Positions 49,174 through 59,736 of a stretch of DNA of 64,000 nt are shown here, piece after piece. A program made the position numbers and the translations under genes. Each line of letters opens with the position of its first letter. The first letter of the stretch is position 1. The notes beneath the pieces were generated by a model. The model was not told where the DNA came from. It saw only the letters and a list, made by a program, of their open reading frames with translations, and did no database searches. Origin of the DNA: Acidobacteriota bacterium (GTDB taxonomy: Bacteria; Acidobacteriota; UBA6911; RPQK01; JAJDTT01); NCBI GenBank assembly GCA_965217775.1, contig CBDCJH010000002.1:2752001-2816000 (forward strand), given 5' to 3'.

Positions 49174-51243
49174 TTAATGAACGGTAAGCGCGTGCGTAAT
49201 AGTCTCAGAACTAAATTGTAGCCGCTTAATGATATCGACGAATACCTGATGCCCTGGAACTAAATTGGACAGTTCTAAAATGACCACACCGGTTCGAAGG
49301 ACCTTAAACACGTCACCGTTATGCTCAATAATCGCGTTCTCTTGGCTTCGCGAAGTATTCACGGCGGCGTCCCTGATTTTTAGAAAAAACGTTCCGGCAT
49401 CCCTATTCTGGCCGTTGTCCGTCACGAAGAGTTGAATCCGCCCATTCCCTTGTTTGTCTGATTTAATGGTTGACTGATGGACCCTTACGCTGAGATTTCT
49501 CCGTTTAGTATGTGATGCTGAATTCTCAATCTTGTAGATGTTATGATATTCTGTGTACAGACATATTTTCTTATACTTATAATCCAGGCGAATTTTCTCT
49601 GGATCAAATTCCACGGGAACCGGCGGAAAAGACAGTAATATCGCCTTGCGATCCTTGTCGACATCAATAGATGTAGGCAAGACCACCGTCTTACCAAATT
49701 TATTCGGATTCTCCTCCCCCGGTTTGGGAATAGAGTCATCCGATTCAGTCGAGTTCTTCAGAATCAACGTGGCGGATATCCCGGTTATAGGGAGATTCTT
49801 ACCGCCTCTGATGGTAGCCGACCAACCGAGTTTACCCTGGGCAAGCGTGACAAGTTGGTTTGTCGGTTTCGGCAATGTAGGCTTTTTCTCCTTCGACAGT
49901 TCGAATGGAGCGTAGCTAAATGAATCACCGGAAAAAAACTCTGCGATTTCCACCCACAAGGCTTCAGGATACTTAGTTTTATCGTTAACATCCTCGAAAA
50001 ATTTGCCCGCCCGATTACAACGAATATGTTCGGCTAGTTCAATAACCTTATCCGTATTGAACTCTACGCCTTTTTTGATCCCAGGGGGGGCCCAACGTCG
50101 AATGGCCTCATCCAACTCTTTACGCGATCGTTGTTGGAGTAACTTCCCCGTGTTAGCATCACGAAACAATGTTTTAGAAATATAATTCATAGTCCGGTTG
50201 CCATCAGAATATTGATTCGGAACCATTAGGAGGAAGGTCAGATCATGCTTTTGGGGTACCGTAGCATACTTACTAGTTCCCGCATGCAGTGCCCCAAGTC
50301 GTATCATATAGGTGTTGAGGGTCAGACGCCCATCCGTAGTCAGACTATTATAATCATGGCTCTGTAATTTATTAAGGTGTTGTGAGAATGAATCCCAACT
50401 TGCCCCCAGTCCGATGACGTTGATTAAAGCACCCAAAGATAGTGTCGTTGATCGGATTCGATCAACCGTTCGGTCCTGGGAGGCCAATTCCATATGGTCA
50501 GTCACCAACAGAGGGACGACGAAGGGAGTATACGTTTTTTTATTATGCGACGAATCCGGTTCGGAATTCTGACACATCCTGCTGTGACCGGAGAAAAATG
50601 ACACGATTGTATAGGCATCGTAAGGCATATTACGAACATACGCCATTAATGTGATTTGAAGTGTTACAACATAGGTTGTGTATTCATTCCACTCCGGTGC
50701 GTCTTCCAAAGTGCGATTGAGAAGTTGGATATTTTGGTAAAGTGAATAGGCATCTCGGTACTCCAGTCGCGAATTCTTTTCGACGATGCCGATCAACGGT
50801 GCTAACGCGGTGAGCTTGTCTGCGTTGATTTCGGTATCGCGTTGCGTGGTCGTCGGGGAAATTCCACCTTGGACCTGTAGGTTCGCGGATATCCCTCGAT
50901 ATTGGGTTTCGTAATCTTGTTCTTGCAACGTTACCGGAATCGATTTCTTCAGCGCGAGTTCGGGTGACATTTCGAACGTCGGCGACAGGTCGTTAATGAT
51001 TTCGGTCAGTGGAATTGCCCGAGTAATCGAAGTCAACACCGCTACCTCTGGTCGGTTATCGACGTATAGCATTGTGTTCGGCTTACGAAACGCATGACAG
51101 CCAGTTAGTATAAAGCCGCTGGACACCAATACTGTGGTTAGAAATGCGAGTGTTGTACGAACACTGTGAAACGAATGAAGATAGCCAGTTAACGGATTCA
51201 TAATAATAAAGTGTCGTTTCTGGTAGTGTAACATATTCATCAT
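49174..51243 (-). CDS. Large low-GC hypothetical protein, possible lipoprotein
   Basis: 689-aa open frame in AT-rich DNA; LTGC lipobox-like motif; start uncertain. Confidence 0.65.
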   Translation of the reverse strand: MMNMLHYQKRHFIIMNPLTGYLHSFHSVRTTLAFLTTVLVSSGFILTGCHAFRKPNTMLYVDNRPEVAVLTSITRAIPLTEIINDLSPTFEMSPELALKKSIPVTLQEQDYETQYRGISANLQVQGGISPTTTQRDTEINADKLTALAPLIGIVEKNSRLEYRDAYSLYQNIQLLNRTLEDAPEWNEYTTYVVTLQITLMAYVRNMPYDAYTIVSFFSGHSRMCQNSEPDSSHNKKTYTPFVVPLLVTDHMELASQDRTVDRIRSTTLSLGALINVIGLGASWDSFSQHLNKLQSHDYNSLTTDGRLTLNTYMIRLGALHAGTSKYATVPQKHDLTFLLMVPNQYSDGNRTMNYISKTLFRDANTGKLLQQRSRKELDEAIRRWAPPGIKKGVEFNTDKVIELAEHIRCNRAGKFFEDVNDKTKYPEALWVEIAEFFSGDSFSYAPFELSKEKKPTLPKPTNQLVTLAQGKLGWSATIRGGKNLPITGISATLILKNSTESDDSIPKPGEENPNKFGKTVVLPTSIDVDKDRKAILLSFPPVPVEFDPEKIRLDYKYKKICLYTEYHNIYKIENSASHTKRRNLSVRVHQSTIKSDKQGNGRIQLFVTDNGQNRDAGTFFLKIRDAAVNTSRSQENAIIEHNGDVFKVLRTGVVILELSNLVPGHQVFVDIIKRLQFSSETITHALTVH

Positions 51244-51308
51244 TATGCTTTCAATAATTTCGTGATTCTACCGCCACATTTTGGGTGCACTAGATATGTG
51301 GGAATTAG

Positions 51309-52600
51309 CAGCCCGTGGCAAAAGTCCTGATTCCTCGGACTATCGTTCTTTCCACAATCTGACGTGGAAATGGTTTATTGATGCGTCCGGGAAGCCCAAG
51401 ACCTAAAATCGAGCCGGATCGACGCCCAGAAGCGCTTCCAGAGCCGATTCCAGCCGATCAAACGGCCCTTTTTCGCCCAAAAAGGCGCAAAATGACGCGC
51501 CAGGACTCGGCCCTGCAGACTCCGGGGCGTGCCGACCCCCGTCAGGTGGCGCATCAGCAGTCCCAGGTTGAATCCGCACACGTGGATCAGCAATCGCTTG
51601 CGCACGTTGGCGTGGCCCCGGACGAAGATCCGACGCAGCCCGCCCGTGGTGAACTGATGCACGAACGGCCGCTCCACCAACTCGCTCCGTTGCCGCTGCA
51701 ACCGTCGTCCCCGCCGGCCCCGGATCCGTCTACGATTGGCGTAGACTGGCGCCTGGTATTTCCGGTTCTTCCCCTTCCAGTTGCGCCGACCCCGATCCGG
51801 TTCCGACAGGTACCCCCGCAATCCCAATTCCTTCAATTCCAGAATGGTCTCGTTGCTGTGGTATCCCTGGTCCGTTACTACCTCCCGAACCTGGGCTCCT
51901 GACCCGACCGCCTTCACTTCCTCCCGCGCCACCCGGAGGGTGTCCCCCATCGTCTGGGGGTCCCCCAACTCCTCCGGCGCCGTCACCACCGCGCCCGTCT
52001 CCAGGTCCACCGCCTCTTCCACCTTGTGCCCCAGACGGGTCCGCCCGTCCTTGAGCTTCGTGATCTTCGCCTACGGGTCGTGTGGATTCACCCATTCCCG
52101 GTTGCTCGTCTTCTTCTTGCGCTTGCGGTCGAACCGAACCAGTTCCTTCCGCGTCGGCGTCGGGACTCCCGAGCTTCTTGCCAGTCCCTTCACGAAGGTC
52201 TCATAGTCTTCTCCCGTGTCCCGGCGCACCAGGCTGCGCATCGCCGCGTTCGCCTCCAACGTCGTCGCGTCGATCCCGATCGTCTTCCCCCGCACCAGTC
52301 CCGCTTCCGCCAAACGCGCCAGCACCCAGGTGAACACCTCACGGTGCGTCTCCACGTCGATGCCGTCGCCGCGTGCGCGACAAGGTCGAGTGATTCGGCG
52401 GCGTCTCCTCCGGGTCCGAGTCCAGAAAAGCGCGCAGGCTCATCGAATCCGCCACCCGCCAGGCGATGGCCCGTTCCGAGTTCAGTCCCTCGAAGTACCC
52501 GACCAACAGCATCCGGAAGTACCGTCCGGGCCGCAGACTCGGCCGCCCGATCCCGGCGGCGTAAAACCGGGCGCATAGCCCTTCCACGAAGGCGTCGAAA
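51309..52600 (-). mobile_element. IS1182-family degenerate element
   Basis: GRPSLRPGRYFR, IDATTLEANAA, DQGYHS and VERPF fragments with frameshifts; 5' end lost. Confidence 0.85.
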
Positions 52601-52870
52601 AATGACTATGATCCCTTCATCGTCACATATGTCACCGTACTTGATCTCGAACGATGAGTCTGATGCCGGAATCTGAAATGAAATCCGATTTCGGAATACG
52701 CGTCGAAATCCCCAAACAACACAAACGATCCAAAAGACACAAAACCATATGAGCCCTTCAGGTTTTAGAGATGGCACGAAGAATCCTAACGTCACAACGG
52801 GTAAAAAGAGAACGCCACCCGCCGCTCTGCACCCAAGAAAGAACGAGCAAATCTGACGCTTGTTCACCAT
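52600..52870 (-). pseudogene. TM plus macro-domain start (ThsA TM-macro-like), truncated
   Basis: Two TM helices, then FEIKYGDICDDEGIIVI. Confidence 0.55.
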
Positions 52871-52972
52871 ATCGGAGAAGTATAGCCTGGTCGGGTGAGG
52901 ATAGCACACGAGGTATAATTAGGGAAGGACGGAGGTGTGAGTGTGTAACACTTCGGATGCAAGGAGAAATCT

Positions 52973-53491
52973 ATGATGCGAGCGACTATCATTGGGCTAC
53001 TGGCTTTGTTCCTTTCCCATCAGGCGGCCGGACAGACTGTTGGGGAACAGAGAAAGGCTGAATGTCTGGAACGGTTGGAGGTGGTTCGGGCTATTGCTGA
53101 ACACACCTTGTGTTGGGCGGAAGGGATGAACACCGCAGTCCGCAGCCAGAAAATAAGCAGAGTCAGAGGTTATCCGAGTCTTGCGAGAATTCAGCTCAAC
53201 ATCCGTAGCATGGTGGGATCATTGAGGCGTACTGCAAGGGCTATGGTTGAGTCGGCGGAGGGCGCGCTGGAAGATGCGAAGGAGACGCGTCTAGAGCAGT
53301 ACGCGGATGATCGCTCCTACCGGAAGATGATGAACGATCTGCAAGACACCGAAGAGTTGCTAGAGGACGTGGATGAGGAAATGGCGCAGTTCATCCACCA
53401 GTTGAAGTCAGGCCCTTCGATGGGGATCGACGTCAAAGCCTTGAGGAAGGAATGCGATGAGGAAGAGGGGCATGGTGAAGCTGAAAATTAA
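52973..53491 (+). CDS. Hypothetical secreted helical protein
   Basis: AAGGAG RBS; signal peptide. Confidence 0.7.
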   Translation: MMRATIIGLLALFLSHQAAGQTVGEQRKAECLERLEVVRAIAEHTLCWAEGMNTAVRSQKISRVRGYPSLARIQLNIRSMVGSLRRTARAMVESAEGALEDAKETRLEQYADDRSYRKMMNDLQDTEELLEDVDEEMAQFIHQLKSGPSMGIDVKALRKECDEEEGHGEAEN

Positions 53492-55010
53492 CAGAGAACA
53501 GAACAGCCATAACAGGATTTTTCGTTTGTTGAACATGCCAGATCTCCTTTTTTTTGAGGAGATTGGAACACATTCAGATACCCCTCGGAAGATCGTCCAT
53601 GCCCTCATTTCGGGTCATGCCACACTGTTGGATTGCGGGGTTGTGCCGCGAAAGGGCCACTGGGGCGGTAGCCCAGCGCGTCTGCCAGTTCCGCCACGCC
53701 AGCATCTCCCTAATTCTACCAGCACCGTCAGCGGGTCCCACTGTGGCGAGCGGCATGAGGACATGCCGAGGTCCAGGAATCAATCCTTCCAGCAGCCAAT
53801 CTCTTGGGTAAAATGAGCAGTATTGTTCCCTTTCCTAACCCGCATTTCTCACCAGATAGAACAATAATCGGAAAATGAACCGCTGTTTGGATGATTCTTT
53901 ATCCACATGCACTCAAGGGACATCTTTCGTGGCTGAACCCGGCGACCGACGGCCCAATCCAGTGTTTTCCGGAGCCATTGGACGCCCCACAGGCCCTCTG
54001 GAGCGAGGCCTCTCTCCCAAGGGACCGATTCCGGGACGCAGTCCATCCTGGGGACTTCCTACTTGCCCGTTTCCGACGGTTCGCTTCCCTGCGTCGCTAA
54101 CACCGAAGCGGGATCGCTTGCAGTCGGGTCAGGACCGTCCTCAACAACGCCGCATACGGGTAGCCCTCGGAAAAGGACAACCAGACCTTGCGGGTGGTGA
54201 CCCGGACCTGAGCCCCGATCTTCAGCAGTTTCAGTCGCAGGGTCCAGCTCTGCGCCCGCGCCAGCTTCGTCCCGGCCAGCCCCACCCACCGCAACGTGTG
54301 CACCATCAGGTATGCAAACGCCGAAAAATACAAACGCAGTTGATTGGCCGCGATCAGTTTCGACGAGGTCCGGTCCGCAAACAGACCCAACTGCTGCTCC
54401 TTGATCCGGTTTTCCATGTCTCCCCGGGCGCAGTAGACTTCCTCGTACAACGTGTGCCCATCGCATTCTTCCAGCGGCACCGAAGTCACGATGAACCTCG
54501 GGTTCTCTCGCCCTGGCAAGTGCTCCACCTTCGCCACCACCCGCCGCTCCCAGGTCCAACTCTTGCGGGTCTGGTAGCGGAGTTCCTGGAACTGCCTCAT
54601 GGCTTTCCCCATGGCCTGCTGCAACTGCCGGACCACTTCCATCTCGGGCACGATCCACTTCTTCAGCCGATCGTTCTTCGCCAGCCCCAAGACGTAGTCA
54701 ACGCCTTCCTTCTCGCACCAGACCATCAACTCGTCGTTGCAGAATCCGCTGTCTCCCCGAACCGTGATCCGCACCTGGGGCCAAGCCTCACGCAGCCGCG
54801 TCACGATCCGTTGCAGCTCCGCCACCACCCCGTGGGCCGCCCCCCGATCCGCCGAGCGCAGCCGCGCACACAAGCCCGTGCTCCCCACAGAAGACGTACA
54901 GCGGCAGGTAGTATGTTGCGGACCTGATTATGTTGCGAACCGGATCCAAGTGCTCGCGGACATGGCGATTGGTCTCTTGGATGCCAACATAACGCGCGCT
55001 GCCCGGGAGA

Positions 55011-56027
55011 TTACAGGGAATCGAGGAACACCATCAGTGTCGAGTCGCTGTGCCAAGTGGGAGTGGCGGGTGGTGACAGGTCTGGCACGTTGTCCGTACA
55101 GGTTTCGAGGGCCTTCGCCTTCCGGGCCAGATCGACTTCAGCGTATCGATTCGTCGTTTCGAGGGATACATGACCCAGCCACGCGCGGATCGTATTGATG
55201 TCGACCCCGGCGCGGAGCAGGTGCACGGCGGTGGTGTGCCGCAGAGTGTGGGGGCTCACTCGCTTGGCGAGCAGGGAGGGAGTGGCGAGCGCCGCTACCA
55301 GGGCGGTGCGCTTGACGAGCGCGTAGACGCCGTGGCGGGTGAGTGTCCGGCCTTGCTTGTTGAGGAACACCGGGGCCTCGGGGGAACCGTCGAGGCGTGC
55401 GCCGAGCAAGTCGCGCAAGGTGTCCGCAGTGCGTGGCCAGAGAGGGCAGACGCGCTGCTTGCGGCCCTTGCCGACGAAGCGCGCCGCGAGGGTCGCCGCG
55501 AGGCTGAGATCCGTGATCCGCAAGCCGGCTGCCTCGCTGGCCCGGGCTCCTGTGTTGTACAGCAGGAGCAGGAGAGCGTAGTCCCGGCGGCCCTGCCAGC
55601 GACGGCGATCCGGCACGGCGAGCAGGGCCTCGACCTCGGCCTTTTCCAAGTAGGGCATGACGGGAAGCACGGCGCGGCAGTTCGGAATGGCTTGGATCTG
55701 CGCGGCGTGGTCCACCAGTTCCGGCACCAGCCGTCCGGTGAAGCGGAACAGTGAGCGCAGGGCCGTGAGGCGCTGGTTGCGGGTGGCCGCGGAGCTTCCG
55801 CGGTGGTCTTTGAGGTCGCGCAGGAACTCGCGTAGCAGGGTCGCGTCGACCTGCTCGACTGTCACGCGGGTCGGGTCGGTCCCGTACCGCTCGGCGAGGA
55901 AGCGGAAGAGCAGTCGGATCGTGTCGCGGTAGCTCTTTTGCGTGTTCGGGCTGAGGCCCCGGTCGGCAGCAACTTCCTCGACCAGGAAGCGGCGGACGAA
56001 CGGGCCGATCGGGTGTGTGGGATTCAT
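55011..56027 (-). CDS. ritC: RIT tyrosine recombinase C
   Basis: TGARASE, HTLRH and LGHVSLETTNRY. Confidence 0.9.
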   Translation of the reverse strand: MNPTHPIGPFVRRFLVEEVAADRGLSPNTQKSYRDTIRLLFRFLAERYGTDPTRVTVEQVDATLLREFLRDLKDHRGSSAATRNQRLTALRSLFRFTGRLVPELVDHAAQIQAIPNCRAVLPVMPYLEKAEVEALLAVPDRRRWQGRRDYALLLLLYNTGARASEAAGLRITDLSLAATLAARFVGKGRKQRVCPLWPRTADTLRDLLGARLDGSPEAPVFLNKQGRTLTRHGVYALVKRTALVAALATPSLLAKRVSPHTLRHTTAVHLLRAGVDINTIRAWLGHVSLETTNRYAEVDLARKAKALETCTDNVPDLSPPATPTWHSDSTLMVFLDSL

Positions 56028-56974
56028 TGTGGGTCTCCAGGCTCGCCGAGCGCGGCGTAGCGCTGGAAGCGCAACGAAGCCTCGGCCAGCAGTTCAGGGG
56101 TCATGGTGAGATAGGCCTGTGTGCCGGCCAGGCCGGCATGGCCGAGGTAGGTCGCCAGCCAGGGGAGGCGGGCTTGCACGTCCACGCCTTCGCGGTACCA
56201 GGCGACGAGGCGGTGAACGGCGAAGGTGTGCCGCAGATCGTGGAGGCGCGGCTGCCAGCGAGCGTCCGGTGGATGGACGATGCCGACGTGCTCCCGGAGT
56301 CGGACGAACGCCCTGCGGAGCTGGGCATACGAGAGCGCGCCGCCGCCCCCGGACGGGAACAGGTACGAGCGGTCGCCGTCGCTGCTGGGCAGGTGCAGGC
56401 GGGCCTGCCGGTAGGCTCGGAGCGCCTCACCCAGGGAGGTTCCAATCGGCACGAGGCGGGACTTGGAGAACTTCGTGTTCCAGATCGTCAGGACACGGCC
56501 CACAAGGTCCGTGTCGCAGAGACGCAGCCGCAAGCCCTCGCCCGGTCGCAAGCCGGCCGCGTAAAGCAGCAGTAGTAGCGTGCGGAATGTCTCCGGCCGC
56601 AACGGGCGGCGGTTGTCCGTGAGGATCTCCGTGGCATCCAGCAGTTGCTGGAGTTCCGCCAGCGAGTAGATGTGGGGCTGGAACGAGCTGCGGATGCGCG
56701 GCGCCGGCTCCGGCAGGGGAGACCCGGCCAGGTGGCCGCGGGCCACCAAGTGTCGGAAGAAGCCTTGGAGCACGCGGTGCTTGGCCGGCCACCAGCGGGT
56801 CGGCGGGCCGGAGCCGCGGCAGAAGTCACGGGCGGTGCTGGCCTCGATCACTTGGACAGCAATGTCGCCTGCGGCGCGCGCGAACGATTGCAAGATGCGC
56901 AACTCGGTGTCGTAGACCGCCCCGAGCGAGCGCTTGAGGGTGACATAGGAGTGGACCGCTGCGGAAAGCTTCAT
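56024..56974 (-). CDS. ritB: RIT tyrosine recombinase B
   Basis: GLRPGE, HDLRHTFA and LGH...TQAY. Confidence 0.9.
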   Translation of the reverse strand: MKLSAAVHSYVTLKRSLGAVYDTELRILQSFARAAGDIAVQVIEASTARDFCRGSGPPTRWWPAKHRVLQGFFRHLVARGHLAGSPLPEPAPRIRSSFQPHIYSLAELQQLLDATEILTDNRRPLRPETFRTLLLLLYAAGLRPGEGLRLRLCDTDLVGRVLTIWNTKFSKSRLVPIGTSLGEALRAYRQARLHLPSSDGDRSYLFPSGGGGALSYAQLRRAFVRLREHVGIVHPPDARWQPRLHDLRHTFAVHRLVAWYREGVDVQARLPWLATYLGHAGLAGTQAYLTMTPELLAEASLRFQRYAALGEPGDPQ

Positions 56975-58221
56975 GCGAGGTCCCCGAGATCTTCAAGCGC
57001 GACCAAGCGCAGCGAGCGCAGGGCGACCTTCGCATACGTGCGGGTGCTCTCGGGGCTGCGGTGGCCGAGATGGTCGCCCACTTCCTTGAAGCTGTATCCC
57101 GCCTCGACGAGATGGCGGGCGCAAGCATGTCGGAGACCCTGCGGACCGCGGCCCTTGCAACGGGCGGCCGACGCCGGCAGATACCTTTCGACCACCTTGT
57201 AAAGCCCGCTGGCGGACAGCGGCGCGTACGGTGCCTGCAAGCCGAGGAACACGGTCCTGCGAGCCGTCCTGGGCCGGGCTTGCGATAGGTAGCGGGCGAT
57301 GGACTCGCCGACCTGCGGATGCAGCGGGGCCACGTCCTGCCCTCCGCCCTTGGACCGCTCGAAGCGGATCCGGTCCTCAGCCCAGTCCATGTCGTCGAGG
57401 CGCAACCGCCGGGCCTCGCCCGAGCGCACGCCGTACACGGTGAGCAGCAGCAGGATCGCGCGGTCCCGAGTCGACTGCGGATCGTCGCCCGCTGTCGAGG
57501 CGAGCATGCGACCGACGGCTTCCCAGGTCGGGCCCAGCGGCAGCCCCTCGTGCCGATACAGACGCGGTCGCAAGACGGCGCCCGCCAAGCCGGCACGCAT
57601 CCAGCCGCGCTGGCCGCCGTACTCGAACCACTTGCGCAGCGACGTGACGGTGATGGCCAGGGAGCGCTTGCTCCAGCGCTGCCCCATGCGTTGGAAATAA
57701 CTGTCGATATCGTCCGCGGAGACTGCGCTCAGAGCGACTCCGCGCCGGTGCAAATCGTCGAGAAAGCGCTCGATCTGCCAGCGCCCCGTCCGGCAAGTCG
57801 CCTCCGACCGCCACTGCAGTTCGTGCTGGGCGCTGATGAATTCATCGAGCTTGCCGGAGTGCTCGCCGAGCGTGCGGGCCGGAGCCGGAAGCAGTCGCCC
57901 GAGACTGTCCAGGAATCCGGTCGCCACTCGATGGAAATACCACTGCGGATAGCGGGGGCCGGCCGCCTTCCCGGACGCGGTGCGCTCGATGGCCCATTGT
58001 GCGGCCCATCCCGCGACCTCCTCACGCGTGAAGCAGCGCTCGGGTGGCCAGCGGTGCAGCATGCGAGCGACACGCAAGCAGTACGCCGCGTGGCACACTA
58101 GCGTCCCGCGCGCCAGCCCCGTTGACGCCAGCTGGCTCAGGTATGCGGCCCGCCCCTCTGCGAGAGGGCCGTTGCGATGTCGGCTCAGAGCGGCCGAACT
58201 GGTAAACAATGTCTCGAACAT
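56971..58221 (-). CDS. ritA: RIT tyrosine recombinase A
   Basis: YGVRSGE, QGLRH and LGHRSPESTRTY. Confidence 0.9.
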   Translation of the reverse strand: MFETLFTSSAALSRHRNGPLAEGRAAYLSQLASTGLARGTLVCHAAYCLRVARMLHRWPPERCFTREEVAGWAAQWAIERTASGKAAGPRYPQWYFHRVATGFLDSLGRLLPAPARTLGEHSGKLDEFISAQHELQWRSEATCRTGRWQIERFLDDLHRRGVALSAVSADDIDSYFQRMGQRWSKRSLAITVTSLRKWFEYGGQRGWMRAGLAGAVLRPRLYRHEGLPLGPTWEAVGRMLASTAGDDPQSTRDRAILLLLTVYGVRSGEARRLRLDDMDWAEDRIRFERSKGGGQDVAPLHPQVGESIARYLSQARPRTARRTVFLGLQAPYAPLSASGLYKVVERYLPASAARCKGRGPQGLRHACARHLVEAGYSFKEVGDHLGHRSPESTRTYAKVALRSLRLVALEDLGDLA

Positions 58222-58342
58222 GGTGAGAACCTCCCGAAAAGAGGCTCTACCAAGTTAAGAACTATGTTGCCAATCCTCGTACGAACCTGTTTGTTCTCAA
58301 TATGTTGGATGCGTTCCGCAACATAACCGGGTCCGCAACATA

Positions 58343-58376
58343 CTACCTCTTATGTTGTTGACAACATAAGAGGTAG
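58343..58376. repeat. 34-bp palindrome adjoining the RIT end
   Basis: CTACCTCTTATGTTG-TTGA-CAACATAAGAGGTAG. Confidence 0.92.
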
Positions 58377-59074
58377 CAGTAACGCTTGTAGTACCCGTGG
58401 AAGAATCGACCCTCCTGCTTGCCGTGCAACGGATCGTCCGTGGCGTCCACGTCCAGGATCACCTCCTTCGGAGGCTCCGCATGCGCCTCCACGAACACGT
58501 CCAGCAGCAGCGCGTCCATCGCGGCCGGATCCTCCACGATTTTCCGGTACCGTCCCTGCGGACCCTTGCTCGGAGTCCGCTCCAGCCGGTGCAGCGTGCT
58601 CTTGCCTGCCAGCGGCTTCCCTCGGTCCGACTCCCGGCGCCGGAACTCTCCCGTCAGGTCGTCCCGGTCACACAGCAACGCCAGCAGCCGGTCCCGGCAC
58701 AACTCGTCGTGGTCGTTGAGATCCTCGTAGCCCAGACACAGTCCGTACACTCGCTGCTTGACCAGCGCCTCGACCGAATGCTCGATCCGATCGGGATCCC
58801 GACGGTCGGTGAAGCACTCGCTCAGACGACCCAGGATCCGGGTCCGGTGCTCCACCTCTCGCAAGAGGACGCCACCGGCGTCGGAGGTGATCTCGCCGCC
58901 GTCGAACCGGCCCACGACGTCTCTTCCGTCCAAGCCCTGAAAAAGCAACTTAGTTCTGGTACAATCTGCGTTCATAAGGTCGCGTTCCTTCTGCTCTGTA
59001 AGTTATTGATGTCACAACACTTATAGCAGAAAACGCGGCCTTTATCAATCTTTCTGGTGAGAAATCCGGGCTAG

Positions 59075-59500
59075 CGTTCCAATGGGCGTGCTCGGGACTC
59101 ATCTTGTCGTAGGTCCCGACGTAGCCGCGCTTGAGCATGGACCACAGGCTCTCACTGCCGTTAGTGTGGACTTGATATCTGACATACTCTTGGCCGGAGT
59201 GATTCGCGGAGTCATGAGCGTATTGCTTCAATCCGATGTAGGCCGGTGAATCGACCGTGTAGACTTCCGCTTCGGGAAGGACCGCATCCCGGACGAACTT
59301 CAACGGGGTCTTGCGTCTGGTGTCCTCGACAACCCTGGCCGCGACACGCTTGGTCTTGCGGTCCTTGGCTCCCACGACAGCCGTCTCTCCCACGGCTCCC
59401 CGTCCCCCCCGTCTTGGAACGCTTCGACTTCGGCATGTTCCGGCGACGGCCACCGAGGAAGGTCTCATCGACCTCAACCGGTCCGGTCATCATCGTGGCG
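59075..59500 (-). mobile_element. IS1595-family transposase remnant
   Basis: VEVDETFLGG and HTNGSESLWSMLKRG; frameshifted and cut by IS1380. Confidence 0.85.
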
Positions 59501-59736
59501 TCTCCGAAAGAAATTGACAGTAAAGCATCGGTCCGGTTCGATGAGCGGGGAGAGGCAATGTGGTCACGGTGGAGATTGAGGCACCGGCATGATGGCGAAA
59601 GCCGCCGGCAACAGCGACTCCCAACCACCTACCGCCGTCGCGCCTCTCCTCGACTCTACACAGATAGAGAAAGGCCGAATTCTGTGGTATAAGTGGTTTG
59701 CCCAAAACAACTTAAAGAACCACGGGAACACTACCA

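Larger units (their letters stand above)
54912..58342 (-). mobile_element. RIT (recombinase-in-trio) element
   Basis: Three overlapping tyrosine recombinases; terminal IRs TATGTTGCGGACC..TTATGTTGCG. Confidence 0.92.
53839..59070 (-). mobile_element. IS1380-family element interrupted by a RIT element
   Basis: IRs CCCGCATTTCTCACCAG / CTGGTGAGAAATCCGGG; transposase halves 58371-58975 and 54097-54911 rejoin as YCYLPLYVFCG. Confidence 0.92.

Noticed and set aside
53457-53816. Gene downstream of 52973-53491
   Set aside because: No recognisable motif or consistent coding signal; left uncalled.
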